This document shows positions 8,981-18,415 of a DNA stretch of 64,000 bases, piece after piece. This DNA is from Methanobacteriota archaeon (lineage in GTDB: Archaea > Thermoplasmatota > Thermoplasmata > SG8-5 > JAGLSY01), in assembly GCA_020696385.1 (NCBI GenBank), contig JAEHCQ010000001.1:1-64000 (forward strand), read 5' to 3'. The translations under genes were made by a program, and so were the position numbers. The notes under the pieces were generated by a model that did not search any database, was not told the origin of the DNA, and saw only the letters and a program-made list of their open reading frames with translations. Each line of letters opens with the position of its first letter. Position 1 is the stretch's first letter.

Positions 8981-9740
8981 CTGGATCCAGCTCCTTCATG
9001 GCCTTCTGCACTCTTTCAGTAATTATCTTGAAGTTCAATTCCAACTTTCCGATATCACCCGAACTTATTATCTTGATCTCTGTTCCAAAATCACCCTTGC
9101 TTATCTTATCCGCGGCCTCTGTGAGGGAAACAAATGGGTTCATTATGGATTTATTGATATACGATATGAATACCCAAAGCATTATCATGGAAAATATGAG
9201 AGAAGCAATGAATGGACCAAAGACATCATCCAATGAAAGCATGATCGGTATTGCTGTGACAAATGGGTTCAATACAAGAAATAAGAAAAGGCTAAGCACT
9301 ATTCTTTCCCCTATGGCCAGCCCCTTGACCTCTTCGTGATCTGAATGATCTTCCATCTCGGATGGCCCCAATAGGTCGAAGGCTATTCTCAAACTGGACT
9401 TCATTCTTGAAAGTGATCTGGAAAAGGATTCTATCTCATCTCCAGTCTCCACATCAGTATCCACATCCAGATTGCCTCTGGCCATTTCTTCCGTGGCCAT
9501 TACAAGTTTCTTAATTGGCTTGGCTACCCATTTTCTCAGGTACAGACCAACGACCAGGGATAATGCCAATGATACAAGCAGGGTCAATATTGGGATCAAG
9601 AATGAAAGAGAATCTCTGTTAAGATCAAAGATCCCTATAAAAAATGATACTATGCCAGGGACAATTCCTGAGATCGAGTAGAAGATCAAGAACCCAAATG
9701 CCAGTTTCATCTTTACAGGCAACTTAACATTTTCATCCAT
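8973..9740 (-). CDS. Membrane protein with two (2TM-HAMP) units and no output domain
   Basis: HAMP1 KPIKKLV..TEEMARGNL..DEIESFSRSLSRM; HAMP2 NPFVSLTEAADKISKGDF..DIGKLELNF. Confidence 0.85.
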   Translation of the reverse strand: MDENVKLPVKMKLAFGFLIFYSISGIVPGIVSFFIGIFDLNRDSLSFLIPILTLLVSLALSLVVGLYLRKWVAKPIKKLVMATEEMARGNLDVDTDVETGDEIESFSRSLSRMKSSLRIAFDLLGPSEMEDHSDHEEVKGLAIGERIVLSLFLFLVLNPFVTAIPIMLSLDDVFGPFIASLIFSMIMLWVFISYINKSIMNPFVSLTEAADKISKGDFGTEIKIISSGDIGKLELNFKIITERVQKAMKELDPDG

Positions 9741-9962
9741 ACTGGCTGATAAAGATTATCTATTATTTGGTTGTTATGATACATTATTTTTTGGTATTTG
9801 TTCTTGTGAAATTCATGAAGTTGTGCATACCTAAACACAATATCTAGATATAATTGATAAAAATATAACATGATAAAAGGATCGTTTAATTGGGTAATCC
9901 CAGGGTAAACCCGCGATACGCTTATATATACAAAAACCTACACACATACCAGAGATGAGTAT

Positions 9963-10910
9963 ATGAGCGAAACACAACATATAATCAAGACCTCTGGCCT
10001 GAGGAAAACTTTCAAACAGGTCAGGGCAGTTGATGACCTTAGCCTTACTGTGAACAAGGGTGATATCTATGGATTTCTTGGACCAAATGGAGCGGGAAAG
10101 ACCACGACCATCAAGATGATTCTGGATCTTGTCCAGCCAGATGGTGGAGATATCTGGCTGAATGGAATTAATATCGCTGAGAACGGTGTGAGCACTAGAG
10201 AGGGTATAGGATACCTTCCAGAGAGGGCTCAGTTTTACCAAAATCTCACTGCTATCCAGACAATGGAATTCTTTGCTGAATTGAAAGGTGTGGACAAGGC
10301 GCAGTGTGACGAGCTCCTTGCCAAGGTCGGTATGGACAGATGGCGTGACAAGAAAGTTGGCACATTCTCAAAGGGAATGGTACAGCTTGTCGGTGTCGCC
10401 CAGGCACTCATTGGAGAACCAAAATTACTCATACTTGACGAGCCGACATCTGGATTGGATCCAAGATGGTCCCGAGTTCTCAAGGACATCATATTGGAAA
10501 TGAATGGAAAAGGCACTACGATCTTCTTCTCATCCCATCTTCTATCCGAGGTTCAGGAATTATGTAACCGTGTAGCGATACTCAATCAAGGTCACTTGAT
10601 AATCGAGGATACAGTGGCACATGTCAGCGGTGGTATGAGCAATAAGCCAAAGCTGGTAATTCGCGTTACTGATGAGCCCGAGAAAGCAGTCCAGGCGATC
10701 AAGGATGCTGGCTTTGATGAAGTGGAAGTTCATGGCAATCAAATATCAGTACTGGTGGAAAGCACGGACAAATCCAAGATCCTCCAGGTTCTCAGTGAAG
10801 CTCAGATATCCATTGAGGATTTCAAGACCATCGAGCCATCCTTGGAGGATGCTTTCATGGGCTATATTGGCCAGGAGGCCATTGCAGGAGGTGTGATCAA
10901 TGGGCCTTGA
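9963..10910 (+). CDS. ABC-2 type transporter ATP-binding subunit
   Basis: GPNGAGKTT, FSKGM, LLILDEPTSGLDP, SSH, PSLEDAF. Confidence 0.95.
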   Translation: MSETQHIIKTSGLRKTFKQVRAVDDLSLTVNKGDIYGFLGPNGAGKTTTIKMILDLVQPDGGDIWLNGINIAENGVSTREGIGYLPERAQFYQNLTAIQTMEFFAELKGVDKAQCDELLAKVGMDRWRDKKVGTFSKGMVQLVGVAQALIGEPKLLILDEPTSGLDPRWSRVLKDIILEMNGKGTTIFFSSHLLSEVQELCNRVAILNQGHLIIEDTVAHVSGGMSNKPKLVIRVTDEPEKAVQAIKDAGFDEVEVHGNQISVLVESTDKSKILQVLSEAQISIEDFKTIEPSLEDAFMGYIGQEAIAGGVINGP

Positions 10911-11772
10911 AATTAACCTAAATAAAGTAACAGCGATCGCAAAGAAGGAGTTCATGGACAATTGGAGGAACAAATGGGTGCTGGCACTTAGTGGTCTATT
11001 CCTCATCTTGGTAATAGCCTTCTCCTACTTTGGAGGTGCATCTGGAGGAAGTGTTGAGTTTCAGGGATACGCAGACACAGTTGCAGCCATGTCCACCATT
11101 GCCGCCATGTTCCTGCCGATTATAGCCATCATGTTGGGCTATGGCTCGGTCATAAGCGAAAGAGAGAACGGATCAATGGGTGTTGTCCTGGGCTGTCCAG
11201 TATCTCGATATGATGTGATCATTGGCAAATTCGTCGGGCTTGGCGCAGTGTTGATGGCCACGATATTGCTGGGATTCGGAATATCTGGTATCATTGTAGG
11301 AGCAATAGCCGGCTTTGAGGGAGGGGTAGAATACTTCCTCTTCATGATGATGACCTTCATATTCGCCATGTTCTTCCTGGGATTCTCCATATTCATGTCC
11401 ACAGTCGCGAACAAACGCTCTACCGCGATAGCTGGAGGCCTGATAGTGTTCTTCAGTGGTATGATAGCCGGTATGATCTTATTCGGATTATGGATAGCCA
11501 GTGGAGGGGACTTTGGAGCAATGATGGATGCAGCCATGACAGGTGGAGATATGCCTTCCTTCCCTGACTGGTACTGGGCTGGTATGTTCTTCAGCTTCAT
11601 GGATATATATCCAATGGGTGCGATGCTCCTGTTTAATCTGACGGATTTCTCTGGTATCTCATATGCATACCCAGATTTTGTAACAGCGACATCCATAGTA
11701 GGCTGGTTTACTATCCTAACCATCCTAACCTTCCTGGGTTCATTGCTCACCTTTGACAAGAAGGACCTATAG
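10900..11772 (+). CDS. ABC-2 type permease (NosY-like)
   Basis: IAKKEF, ERENGS....L..PVSR..VIIGKF, about 6 TMs, FDKKDL C-terminus. Confidence 0.9.
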   Translation: MGLEINLNKVTAIAKKEFMDNWRNKWVLALSGLFLILVIAFSYFGGASGGSVEFQGYADTVAAMSTIAAMFLPIIAIMLGYGSVISERENGSMGVVLGCPVSRYDVIIGKFVGLGAVLMATILLGFGISGIIVGAIAGFEGGVEYFLFMMMTFIFAMFFLGFSIFMSTVANKRSTAIAGGLIVFFSGMIAGMILFGLWIASGGDFGAMMDAAMTGGDMPSFPDWYWAGMFFSFMDIYPMGAMLLFNLTDFSGISYAYPDFVTATSIVGWFTILTILTFLGSLLTFDKKDL

Positions 11773-11781
11773 GGGGATGAA

Positions 11782-12294
11782 ATGAGCCAGCAATCTCTGT
11801 ACGAGGAGACCATCTGGTGGAAGGAGATAATCGCCATAATAGGGATGATGGCAGTGCTCTTTGGAGCACTGTCATATCTCTTTCTTTTCAAATCAACGGA
11901 AGCTGAAAGTGAACGCTTTTTACTATTCCTGTTATTTTCAATATTGAGTATGTTCTTCGCCTTCCTGACCTATTATTTCAGGAAGCTGGATATTGAGATT
12001 GACAATGAGGGTGTGTGTGTCGGCTGGGCCTACTACAAAAAAGAGTATGCCTGGTCAGATATCGAAGAGGTGTGGAAGGATGATCGTAATGCCCTGAAAT
12101 ATGGAGGCTATGGGATCAAAGGCACCTACATGAACGGAAAATGGATCCTAGTCTACAATGTCATAATGGCTGATAGAGTTGTCCTGAAACTGAAGGAAGG
12201 TAAATTCGGTGAATTCGTATTTTCCACAAAGGATCCGGAACAGGTCATTGGACTTTTCGAGCAGCATCTTGATAAACAAGAAGAGCCGAAGTAG
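11782..12294 (+). CDS. Hypothetical membrane protein (2 TM plus bPH-like beta domain)
   Basis: Two TMs, YGGYGIK, FSTKDPE; SD upstream. Confidence 0.7.
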   Translation: MSQQSLYEETIWWKEIIAIIGMMAVLFGALSYLFLFKSTEAESERFLLFLLFSILSMFFAFLTYYFRKLDIEIDNEGVCVGWAYYKKEYAWSDIEEVWKDDRNALKYGGYGIKGTYMNGKWILVYNVIMADRVVLKLKEGKFGEFVFSTKDPEQVIGLFEQHLDKQEEPK

Positions 12295-12347
12295 GAATTT
12301 GGAATTTGGAATATCTGTTTGCCAGGCTCACTTTTTTATAACTCAGA

Positions 12348-13547
12348 GTGTTTGACCGTGTAATGATGGACATCGACTACTCCGAACTTGAGAGATATGA
12401 TTACCAATGCCTGGACGATTGTGGCCTGTGCTGTCTCTGCCAGCCAGAATTGGATGATGATGAACTGGCAGTCTTCAGAAAGGCAGGCCTTGAAGAAGGG
12501 CTTACAAATTATCATGTACAGGGAGGCCAGAAAACCGATGAGCCGACGGCTATCAAGCTTCAAGGTGGCAGAGGAGCCTGTCATTTTCTAAAGGATCTTA
12601 GATGCCAGATACATGATGTTCGACCTCGACCATGCCGACAGTTCCCGGTTCAAATTCATTTGTTAAGAAGAGTGCAGATAAATGCCAATCTGGCCTGCCC
12701 GGGGATATTTGATAATACCCCGAGCAGGGGCACGATGGCCTTTTCAGGGAAAGGCGGAGAGAGTCTGCTGGCCTTCGGGAAATATACCGTATCGAAAATT
12801 CCACAGGATGAGATGGAAGATATATTCGAACAGGCAGTGGACATTGTAAAAGAATTTGATGAGCTCACTCTTGATTTCTCGGTCTATCAGGATCCAGGAG
12901 CCTTGAAGGAAGCTGGGAATGATCTGATCAATGGAATGAAGGGATCGGATTGGATCGCCAGAACACTGGCCTGGTCAAATGAGGAATCCATTGGTATAGA
13001 TCTCAAGGATGAGACATTCGCACGGGATGTATTATCCCATGTTCCGGAGCCGGATATTCAGGAGATTGCCAATGAAGGGAACAATGACCTGCTGGACCAG
13101 GATGATCTGGCCCAGATACCCGTGTTCGTGGATGAGGATATGAATTGGGTCGCTCTGAGGTCCAAGAAAAACATGATCGATGTCATGAAAATGGAAGAGG
13201 ATGGCTCCCTGGAAACCACGCATGAGGTTCCAATGGATAATATAAAATTGATGGACTGGACAGGCGATGGCACCGAGGTATTTCAGAATTACGCAAAGCT
13301 GCTCAATGACAGGGATCCCTTCATGGGGTATGTTTACCAGGTATGCGCGGATCAGGATTTCCAATTCGATCTGGCCACAGTGTATATTGGAACCATGGCG
13401 ACGACAATGCTGGATCTATGGTGGAGGGCATCGCTGTTAGGTCTGGTGAAGGGAGAAAGTAGCATTGACCAGAACCTGGCAAAGGCAGGAATTAAAGCTT
13501 TTGATATGACCAGTCTGGGAGCTCCTAGCATCGGTTTGTTCATATAG
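12348..13547 (+). CDS. YkgJ-family (CxxCxxCC) cysteine-cluster protein
   Basis: CLDDCGLCC...GACHFL...CQIHDVRPRPCRQFP. The start may be ATG 12363 or 12366. Confidence 0.85.
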   Translation: MFDRVMMDIDYSELERYDYQCLDDCGLCCLCQPELDDDELAVFRKAGLEEGLTNYHVQGGQKTDEPTAIKLQGGRGACHFLKDLRCQIHDVRPRPCRQFPVQIHLLRRVQINANLACPGIFDNTPSRGTMAFSGKGGESLLAFGKYTVSKIPQDEMEDIFEQAVDIVKEFDELTLDFSVYQDPGALKEAGNDLINGMKGSDWIARTLAWSNEESIGIDLKDETFARDVLSHVPEPDIQEIANEGNNDLLDQDDLAQIPVFVDEDMNWVALRSKKNMIDVMKMEEDGSLETTHEVPMDNIKLMDWTGDGTEVFQNYAKLLNDRDPFMGYVYQVCADQDFQFDLATVYIGTMATTMLDLWWRASLLGLVKGESSIDQNLAKAGIKAFDMTSLGAPSIGLFI

Positions 13548-13554
13548 ATTAGAT

Positions 13555-13572
13555 AGGAAAGGATTTTATAAT
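13555..13572 (+). promoter_or_regulatory. Putative BRE/TATA promoter of tRNA-Leu
   Basis: Purine-rich AGGAAAGGA followed by TTTTATAA, about 35 nt upstream of the tRNA. Confidence 0.5.
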
Positions 13573-13605
13573 GTTCTGAATTTCCTGGCTCATAGTAATC
13601 GTAAT

Positions 13606-13689
13606 GCGAGGATACCCGAGCTAGGTCAAAGGGGTGGGGCTTAGGACCCCATGGTTAGTCCTTCGCCGGTTCGAATCCGGCTCCTCGCA
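13606..13689 (+). tRNA. tRNA-Leu (anticodon TAG)
   Basis: Acceptor GCGAGGA/TCCTCGC-A, anticodon arm TGGGG-CTTAGGA-CCCCA, long variable arm, T arm GCCGG-TTCGAAT-CCGGC; no CCA, no intron. Confidence 0.96.
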
Positions 13690-14095
13690 TATTTATTTCT
13701 AAATGCGACTTTACAAATTTATCCCACGCATTTATTTTATCAAACTCATTTATGGGTTTGATTCGATAGGATTCGACTAGTAGTAAGCGGTAGCCGTGGA
13801 GTAAATACTTTGATGGGATTTAAAATGGAATCGTATTAACTCTTCTAATCGCTAGTGGTATGTAGAATATAGGCGATTAGAAAGCTCATCAATTATATTC
13901 GACTAATCTCGAAGCCAGACGTGAGCTTCGAGAAATTGAGCATATGGCCTTCGATGGAAACATCATGCCGAAGGCATATCGTTTCCACGGCTCCTCGCAT
14001 ATTTTTTTCTAAATGCGACTTTACAAATTTATCCCACACATTTATTTTATCAAACTCATTTATGGGTTTGATTCGATAGGATTCGACTAGTAGTA
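13678..14095 (+). repeat. 108-bp direct repeat (13678-13785 and 13988-14095) starting in the tRNA 3' end
   Basis: Both copies run CGGCTCCTCGCATATTT...GACTAGTAGTA, with 2 mismatches by eye and a 310-bp period. Confidence 0.92.
13843..13988. other. Structured intergenic element, family 2 copy 2
   Basis: Stems TTCTAATCGC/GCGATTAGAA, CTCGAAGC-N9-GCTTCGAG (13908-13932), ATGCC-GAA-GGCAT (cUUCGg loop on the minus strand), TGGAAAC/GTTTCCA. Confidence 0.65.
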
Positions 14096-14250
14096 TCTGC
14101 ATATTCATCTCCGCATATTTTTGCATATTTATGTATATGATCAGAAGGGTATCTCATATAATTCCAATAGCAGCCAACAATAGTTATGTATCCAAAACGA
14201 ATAAGTATCATTTAGACATATCTGGTCTTACTTGAAAGAGGAGAGCGTAG

Positions 14251-16716
14251 ATGGATCAAGCAAATCATAACCATATTACCACTATCTTTGTAGGCCGAGA
14301 CAATGAGACCAATGTCCTGAACAATTACCTAGAGGAAGCAAGGTCAGGTCGCAGTAGGCTCGTATTTGTCACAGGAGAAGCTGGCATAGGCAAGACCAGG
14401 CTTATCCAGGAGGTTGGCAAGCAAGCAAAAGAGAATGGTGTCCAATTCATATCTGGCAGGTGTATATCCCACCAACATGGTGACCCTTACCTGCCATTCA
14501 TTGATGCTCTTGGTATCAAACTTGGCCCCAAATCATCAAATGAATCAGATGGCTTCTCCAACCTGCCAATAGGAATGGCAGGGGTTGGTGAAAATTCAAA
14601 TTATGATGACGATGATGATGATGATCTACCTCTCGGTCTATTACCGATGGCTGGAGGCCATGATACCAATATCGCCGACATGGACATGGCGGGGCAGAGA
14701 GATCGTATGTTCAATACGATAGCCGAACTCATAAAGACCAGGGCGGCGAAGGATCCATTGTTCATCTTCCTTGATGATATGCAATATGCGGATGGGGCCA
14801 CACTTCAGCTTCTGTTCTACATTGCCAGATCGCTTCAGAATTCTAAAGTCATGATATGCTGTGCCTACAGGCCCAATGAACTGGACATGCCTCAAGGACA
14901 GGTACATCCACTTACCCAGATGTTAAGGCGAATGGGGCAGGAGAAGCTGTACAGCTCGCTTCAACTCAACCCGCTTTCCCTTGATGAGATAAGGGAAAAG
15001 GTAGAGTCCATTCTGGAGATATCAGATATTCCTTCTGGCTTCATGAACAAACTATACGATGAGAGCGAGGGAAACCCCTTCTTCATCGAGGAAGTGCTCA
15101 AATCACTCATGGATGAGGGAGTGATCAAGCGCCATTCACATATTTGGGATGCTGGCCTGGACCTATCGTCCATAAGGATACCCAATACGATCAAGGACGT
15201 CATAACCCACAGGATTGCCAAGATGAATGAGAGCTCGAAGAAAGTTCTCAAATACGCTTCAGTCATTGGCCACAAGTTCCAATTCGATGTACTTCAAAAA
15301 GTATCGGAGATGAACAGCGAGGAATTACTGGACACCCTGGATCATCTCATAGATATAGAGATGATACATGAGGATGCTGGCAGCCATCACGAGGAAGCAT
15401 TCTATTTCGGCCACAAGCAGACCAGGACTGTCATCTACGAGGGAATGAGCAGAAGCCGGATCAGGGTCATGCACTTGAAAGTGGGTAATATCATCGAAGA
15501 GATGTACAGTGGCCGATTGAATGATGTCATTTTCGCCCTTGCCAGACATTTCACGCTCGGCAAGGATTTCACACGATCACATAAATATTCAAAACAGGCA
15601 GGCACATCGGCAATGGCAAGCTTTGCCTTTGAGGATGCCATAGAACATTTCACCACCGCTCTCAGATCTCTTAATTTCCTGAATGATGATTGCGGGATCG
15701 ATATCAAAAAGGAGGGACTTAACCTATCCTTCCAATTGGGTGATCTGGATTATGCAATGGGCGATCCAGCAGCTGCGGTGGAGCATTACAGAACTGCGCT
15801 ACAGAACAGCCAGGCCCTGGGCGATAAGGCATCTGAAGCTGAGGCTTACCTATACATCGGGCATACAGAAAGGCTCAGAGGCAACTTCCACCGGGCGGAG
15901 GACATGTACGAAAAGGCCATTGTTCATTTTGATTCCACTGATAATTATGCAGGACTGGCCGGAAGCCAACAAGGTCTTGGATACGTTCACTGGAGAAAGG
16001 GTGAGAACGATGAGGCTGTGGAGCATTACAAGGAAAGCATAAGTTACTCCATGAAAGCCGGTGATGATCATGGAATGGCCAAGACCCATATCGAATTGGG
16101 CAATGTCTACAATTATTGGGGCGATTATGCGAAGGCCATGCAATATTACAAGAAGTCCATACCACATCTGGAGAAGGTCGGCGACTACAATGAGCTGGCC
16201 AGAGCTTACAATAATATGGGCGATTCCACCATCAAGGTGGATGATTATACTGGTGCTTTGGAATATTTTGAGAAGTGCAAACAAGCCTCGGAGAAGATCG
16301 GCAATAAGAACTTCGTCGCATGGGGCCTGTTCAACTCAGCAGAGGCACTGGCCTACCTTGGAGAATATGACAAGGCAGAGGAATATTGTGTTCGTGCACT
16401 CAAAATATGCGAGGACCTGGATGACAGGGTGGGCATGAACGGTGTTTTCAAGAACTTCGGTGTAATTTACAGATTCAAGAAGGAATGGGACAAGTCCATT
16501 GAGAACTTCAATAAGAGCATCGTGATATTGGAGATGCTGGACATACCATATGAACTGGGTGTCACCTACAGTGATCTTGCAAAGACCTATGAAGACATGG
16601 GGGAAATAGAGGAAGCCCTGGAGAACTACAATATGGCCAAGGATCTCCTTGAGAGCGTTGGTTCCATGTCCGAGGCAAAGGAGATCGATGAGAAGATCAA
16701 AGAGCTCGAAGGTTGA
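14251..16716 (+). CDS. STAND-class AAA ATPase with C-terminal TPR array
   Basis: FVGR, Walker A GEAGIGKT, Walker B FIFLDDMQYAD, EGNPFF, and many TPR-like repeats (AYNNMG, LGNVY). Confidence 0.9.
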   Translation: MDQANHNHITTIFVGRDNETNVLNNYLEEARSGRSRLVFVTGEAGIGKTRLIQEVGKQAKENGVQFISGRCISHQHGDPYLPFIDALGIKLGPKSSNESDGFSNLPIGMAGVGENSNYDDDDDDDLPLGLLPMAGGHDTNIADMDMAGQRDRMFNTIAELIKTRAAKDPLFIFLDDMQYADGATLQLLFYIARSLQNSKVMICCAYRPNELDMPQGQVHPLTQMLRRMGQEKLYSSLQLNPLSLDEIREKVESILEISDIPSGFMNKLYDESEGNPFFIEEVLKSLMDEGVIKRHSHIWDAGLDLSSIRIPNTIKDVITHRIAKMNESSKKVLKYASVIGHKFQFDVLQKVSEMNSEELLDTLDHLIDIEMIHEDAGSHHEEAFYFGHKQTRTVIYEGMSRSRIRVMHLKVGNIIEEMYSGRLNDVIFALARHFTLGKDFTRSHKYSKQAGTSAMASFAFEDAIEHFTTALRSLNFLNDDCGIDIKKEGLNLSFQLGDLDYAMGDPAAAVEHYRTALQNSQALGDKASEAEAYLYIGHTERLRGNFHRAEDMYEKAIVHFDSTDNYAGLAGSQQGLGYVHWRKGENDEAVEHYKESISYSMKAGDDHGMAKTHIELGNVYNYWGDYAKAMQYYKKSIPHLEKVGDYNELARAYNNMGDSTIKVDDYTGALEYFEKCKQASEKIGNKNFVAWGLFNSAEALAYLGEYDKAEEYCVRALKICEDLDDRVGMNGVFKNFGVIYRFKKEWDKSIENFNKSIVILEMLDIPYELGVTYSDLAKTYEDMGEIEEALENYNMAKDLLESVGSMSEAKEIDEKIKELEG

Positions 16717-16837
16717 TCTTCATTTTCCATCTTCTTAATCTTTTTAACTATGATCTTTGAACACCGATGTCATTCATTACAGGGAATGAAGATATTATCA
16801 ATTTAACTATCACTAGCTCACGCTTAAGTTAAACAAT

Positions 16838-16865
16838 TTGCCAGTTGCCAGTTGCCAGTTGCCAG
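16838..16865. repeat. (TTGCCAG)x4 tandem repeat
   Basis: Four exact 7-bp units between convergent genes. Confidence 0.85.
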
Positions 16866-16876
16866 ATAGTGACCGA

Positions 16877-18415
16877 TCAAACTATTGGGATCAGTTTGAT
16901 ATGTGGCGCACCTTTTTCCTCATCTGCCACGATACCATAGATAATGGTCTTTGGCTTTATACCATAGATACACGGGCACTTGTTAATATCCGTGATCTTC
17001 AGATAGGTATCCGCCATGTTCATTATCTCCTGAGTCAGCTTGAGTCCTGGTTTGATGATGCCGATTCCGATATCCTCGGATATCTTGATCTTGGCAACAG
17101 CCTCCAGAAGCTGCTTTATGGCCACGCCACCACCCTGAAGGTATTCGAGGGTGTCGAATCCTGTATAATCGATTATTGGCTTGTTCTCCGGGCCTCTGAG
17201 GAACTCCATATTACTCTTCCAAACCCTCACGGCCTCATCCTTGTTCCGGGTACCGAGAGCCATGATATAAGGTGAATCAGATTTCTGGGTAAAGTAATCA
17301 GCTATCCTTACATGATTATCGAATTTCTCATCTGGCATGTAATTTGTCAGATCTTTCTTTACAGAATCAGCATGGTCACCGCCAGTAAGCACGGCGAATA
17401 CACCTTTGTTCTGAGTAATGAAGTTCAGTAGTATTGGCCTGACAACAGAATAATATTCATCACTGGATACATTCTCATCGACCTGTATGACATTATAACT
17501 GCCCTTTGCATACCCACCTGAAAGTAGATCATCCAGACCTTTGGTTCCAGTACTGTAGTGAGTATCTGTATCGATGATCGGGGCCCATTGAACAGACTCC
17601 ATATTTGAAAGACTACCATTGAAGGGATCGAAGCTCATGAATCGACCATCGTTCAATGTTGTTAGATAAGATGGTTGTGAGATCTCTGTTGCTCTCAATT
17701 TGAGCAAATGCATCTGTCTGACCCTGCGACCTTCTAAAGCACCGTATTCGAACTGTATTACACCATCCACAAGGAAGCTGAGGTCTGCATTGCTTTCCTT
17801 CTCAAGTACGAAAAGAACATCTACATTGGATCCCTCTACCAGATCTTTCTGTATGCACATGATCAGCTCATCTTGATCCAGTGAATATTTATTGGTCACA
17901 CCCTCAACACTGTCTATGATGAGCATGGACTTTGCTGGAAGAATGGAATCGATCTTGTCATATATTCTCTCGATCTCTGGCATGCGATTACGCTCAAGAA
18001 GTACAGAAAGTCTTGTCCTATCAACCTTTCTTGGAGCATCCAAAGGTTTCTCATTTATGGATTTGAGGAATTCCTTCGCGCTGGTGAGATTAACAGGGTC
18101 TTCCTGTCCCAATTCGGGTGAATTGTCCTCGTCAGTGTAAAGGCTGGCTAAAAAGACACGGCTGGAATCAATTATCCTGCTTCTCATATCCTCTTCCTTC
18201 AGCCATGGGAATTGCTGGTACAGAGCATTGTCAGAAACTCTGGTTGAAAGATAGAAGCTCTTGTGTGGGTCTGCCATTTCTTCAAGCAATTGAAGAGCGA
18301 AAGTAGTTTTTCCAGTACCCGCACTCCCCATCACCATCAGTGATCGGCCGCCTTGTGCTCCAAAGAACTCTCTGATCTCGGATGGTATAGATCTCTTAGA
18401 GTTTTCCTTGTTCAT
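16877..18415 (-). CDS. GvpD-like double-domain KaiC/RecA-family ATPase
   Basis: Domain 1: GSAGTGKTTFALQL, YLSTRVS, LIIDS, KLR. Domain 2 starts STGTKGLDDLLSGG but has no Walker A Lys. SD AGGAGGTG before ATG 18415. Confidence 0.8.
   Translation of the reverse strand: MNKENSKRSIPSEIREFFGAQGGRSLMVMGSAGTGKTTFALQLLEEMADPHKSFYLSTRVSDNALYQQFPWLKEEDMRSRIIDSSRVFLASLYTDEDNSPELGQEDPVNLTSAKEFLKSINEKPLDAPRKVDRTRLSVLLERNRMPEIERIYDKIDSILPAKSMLIIDSVEGVTNKYSLDQDELIMCIQKDLVEGSNVDVLFVLEKESNADLSFLVDGVIQFEYGALEGRRVRQMHLLKLRATEISQPSYLTTLNDGRFMSFDPFNGSLSNMESVQWAPIIDTDTHYSTGTKGLDDLLSGGYAKGSYNVIQVDENVSSDEYYSVVRPILLNFITQNKGVFAVLTGGDHADSVKKDLTNYMPDEKFDNHVRIADYFTQKSDSPYIMALGTRNKDEAVRVWKSNMEFLRGPENKPIIDYTGFDTLEYLQGGGVAIKQLLEAVAKIKISEDIGIGIIKPGLKLTQEIMNMADTYLKITDINKCPCIYGIKPKTIIYGIVADEEKGAPHIKLIPIV

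Noticed and set aside
11139-11891. Long antisense ORFs (also 1250-1756, 3390-4001, 32152-32706 and others)
   Set aside because: Shadows of well-supported genes on the opposite strand, with no recognisable motifs.
13678-14095. Direct repeats as a CRISPR array or second tRNA
   Set aside because: Only two 108-bp units with a 202-bp spacer and no cas genes; the second copy has just 12 nt of tRNA.
13893-14126. 77-aa ORF as an integrase fragment
   Set aside because: Spans the repeat and hairpin DNA and has no tyrosine- or serine-recombinase motifs.
16877-18415. Gas vesicle or circadian clock locus
   Set aside because: No gvpA/gvpN or kaiA/kaiB in the window; only ATPase family similarity.
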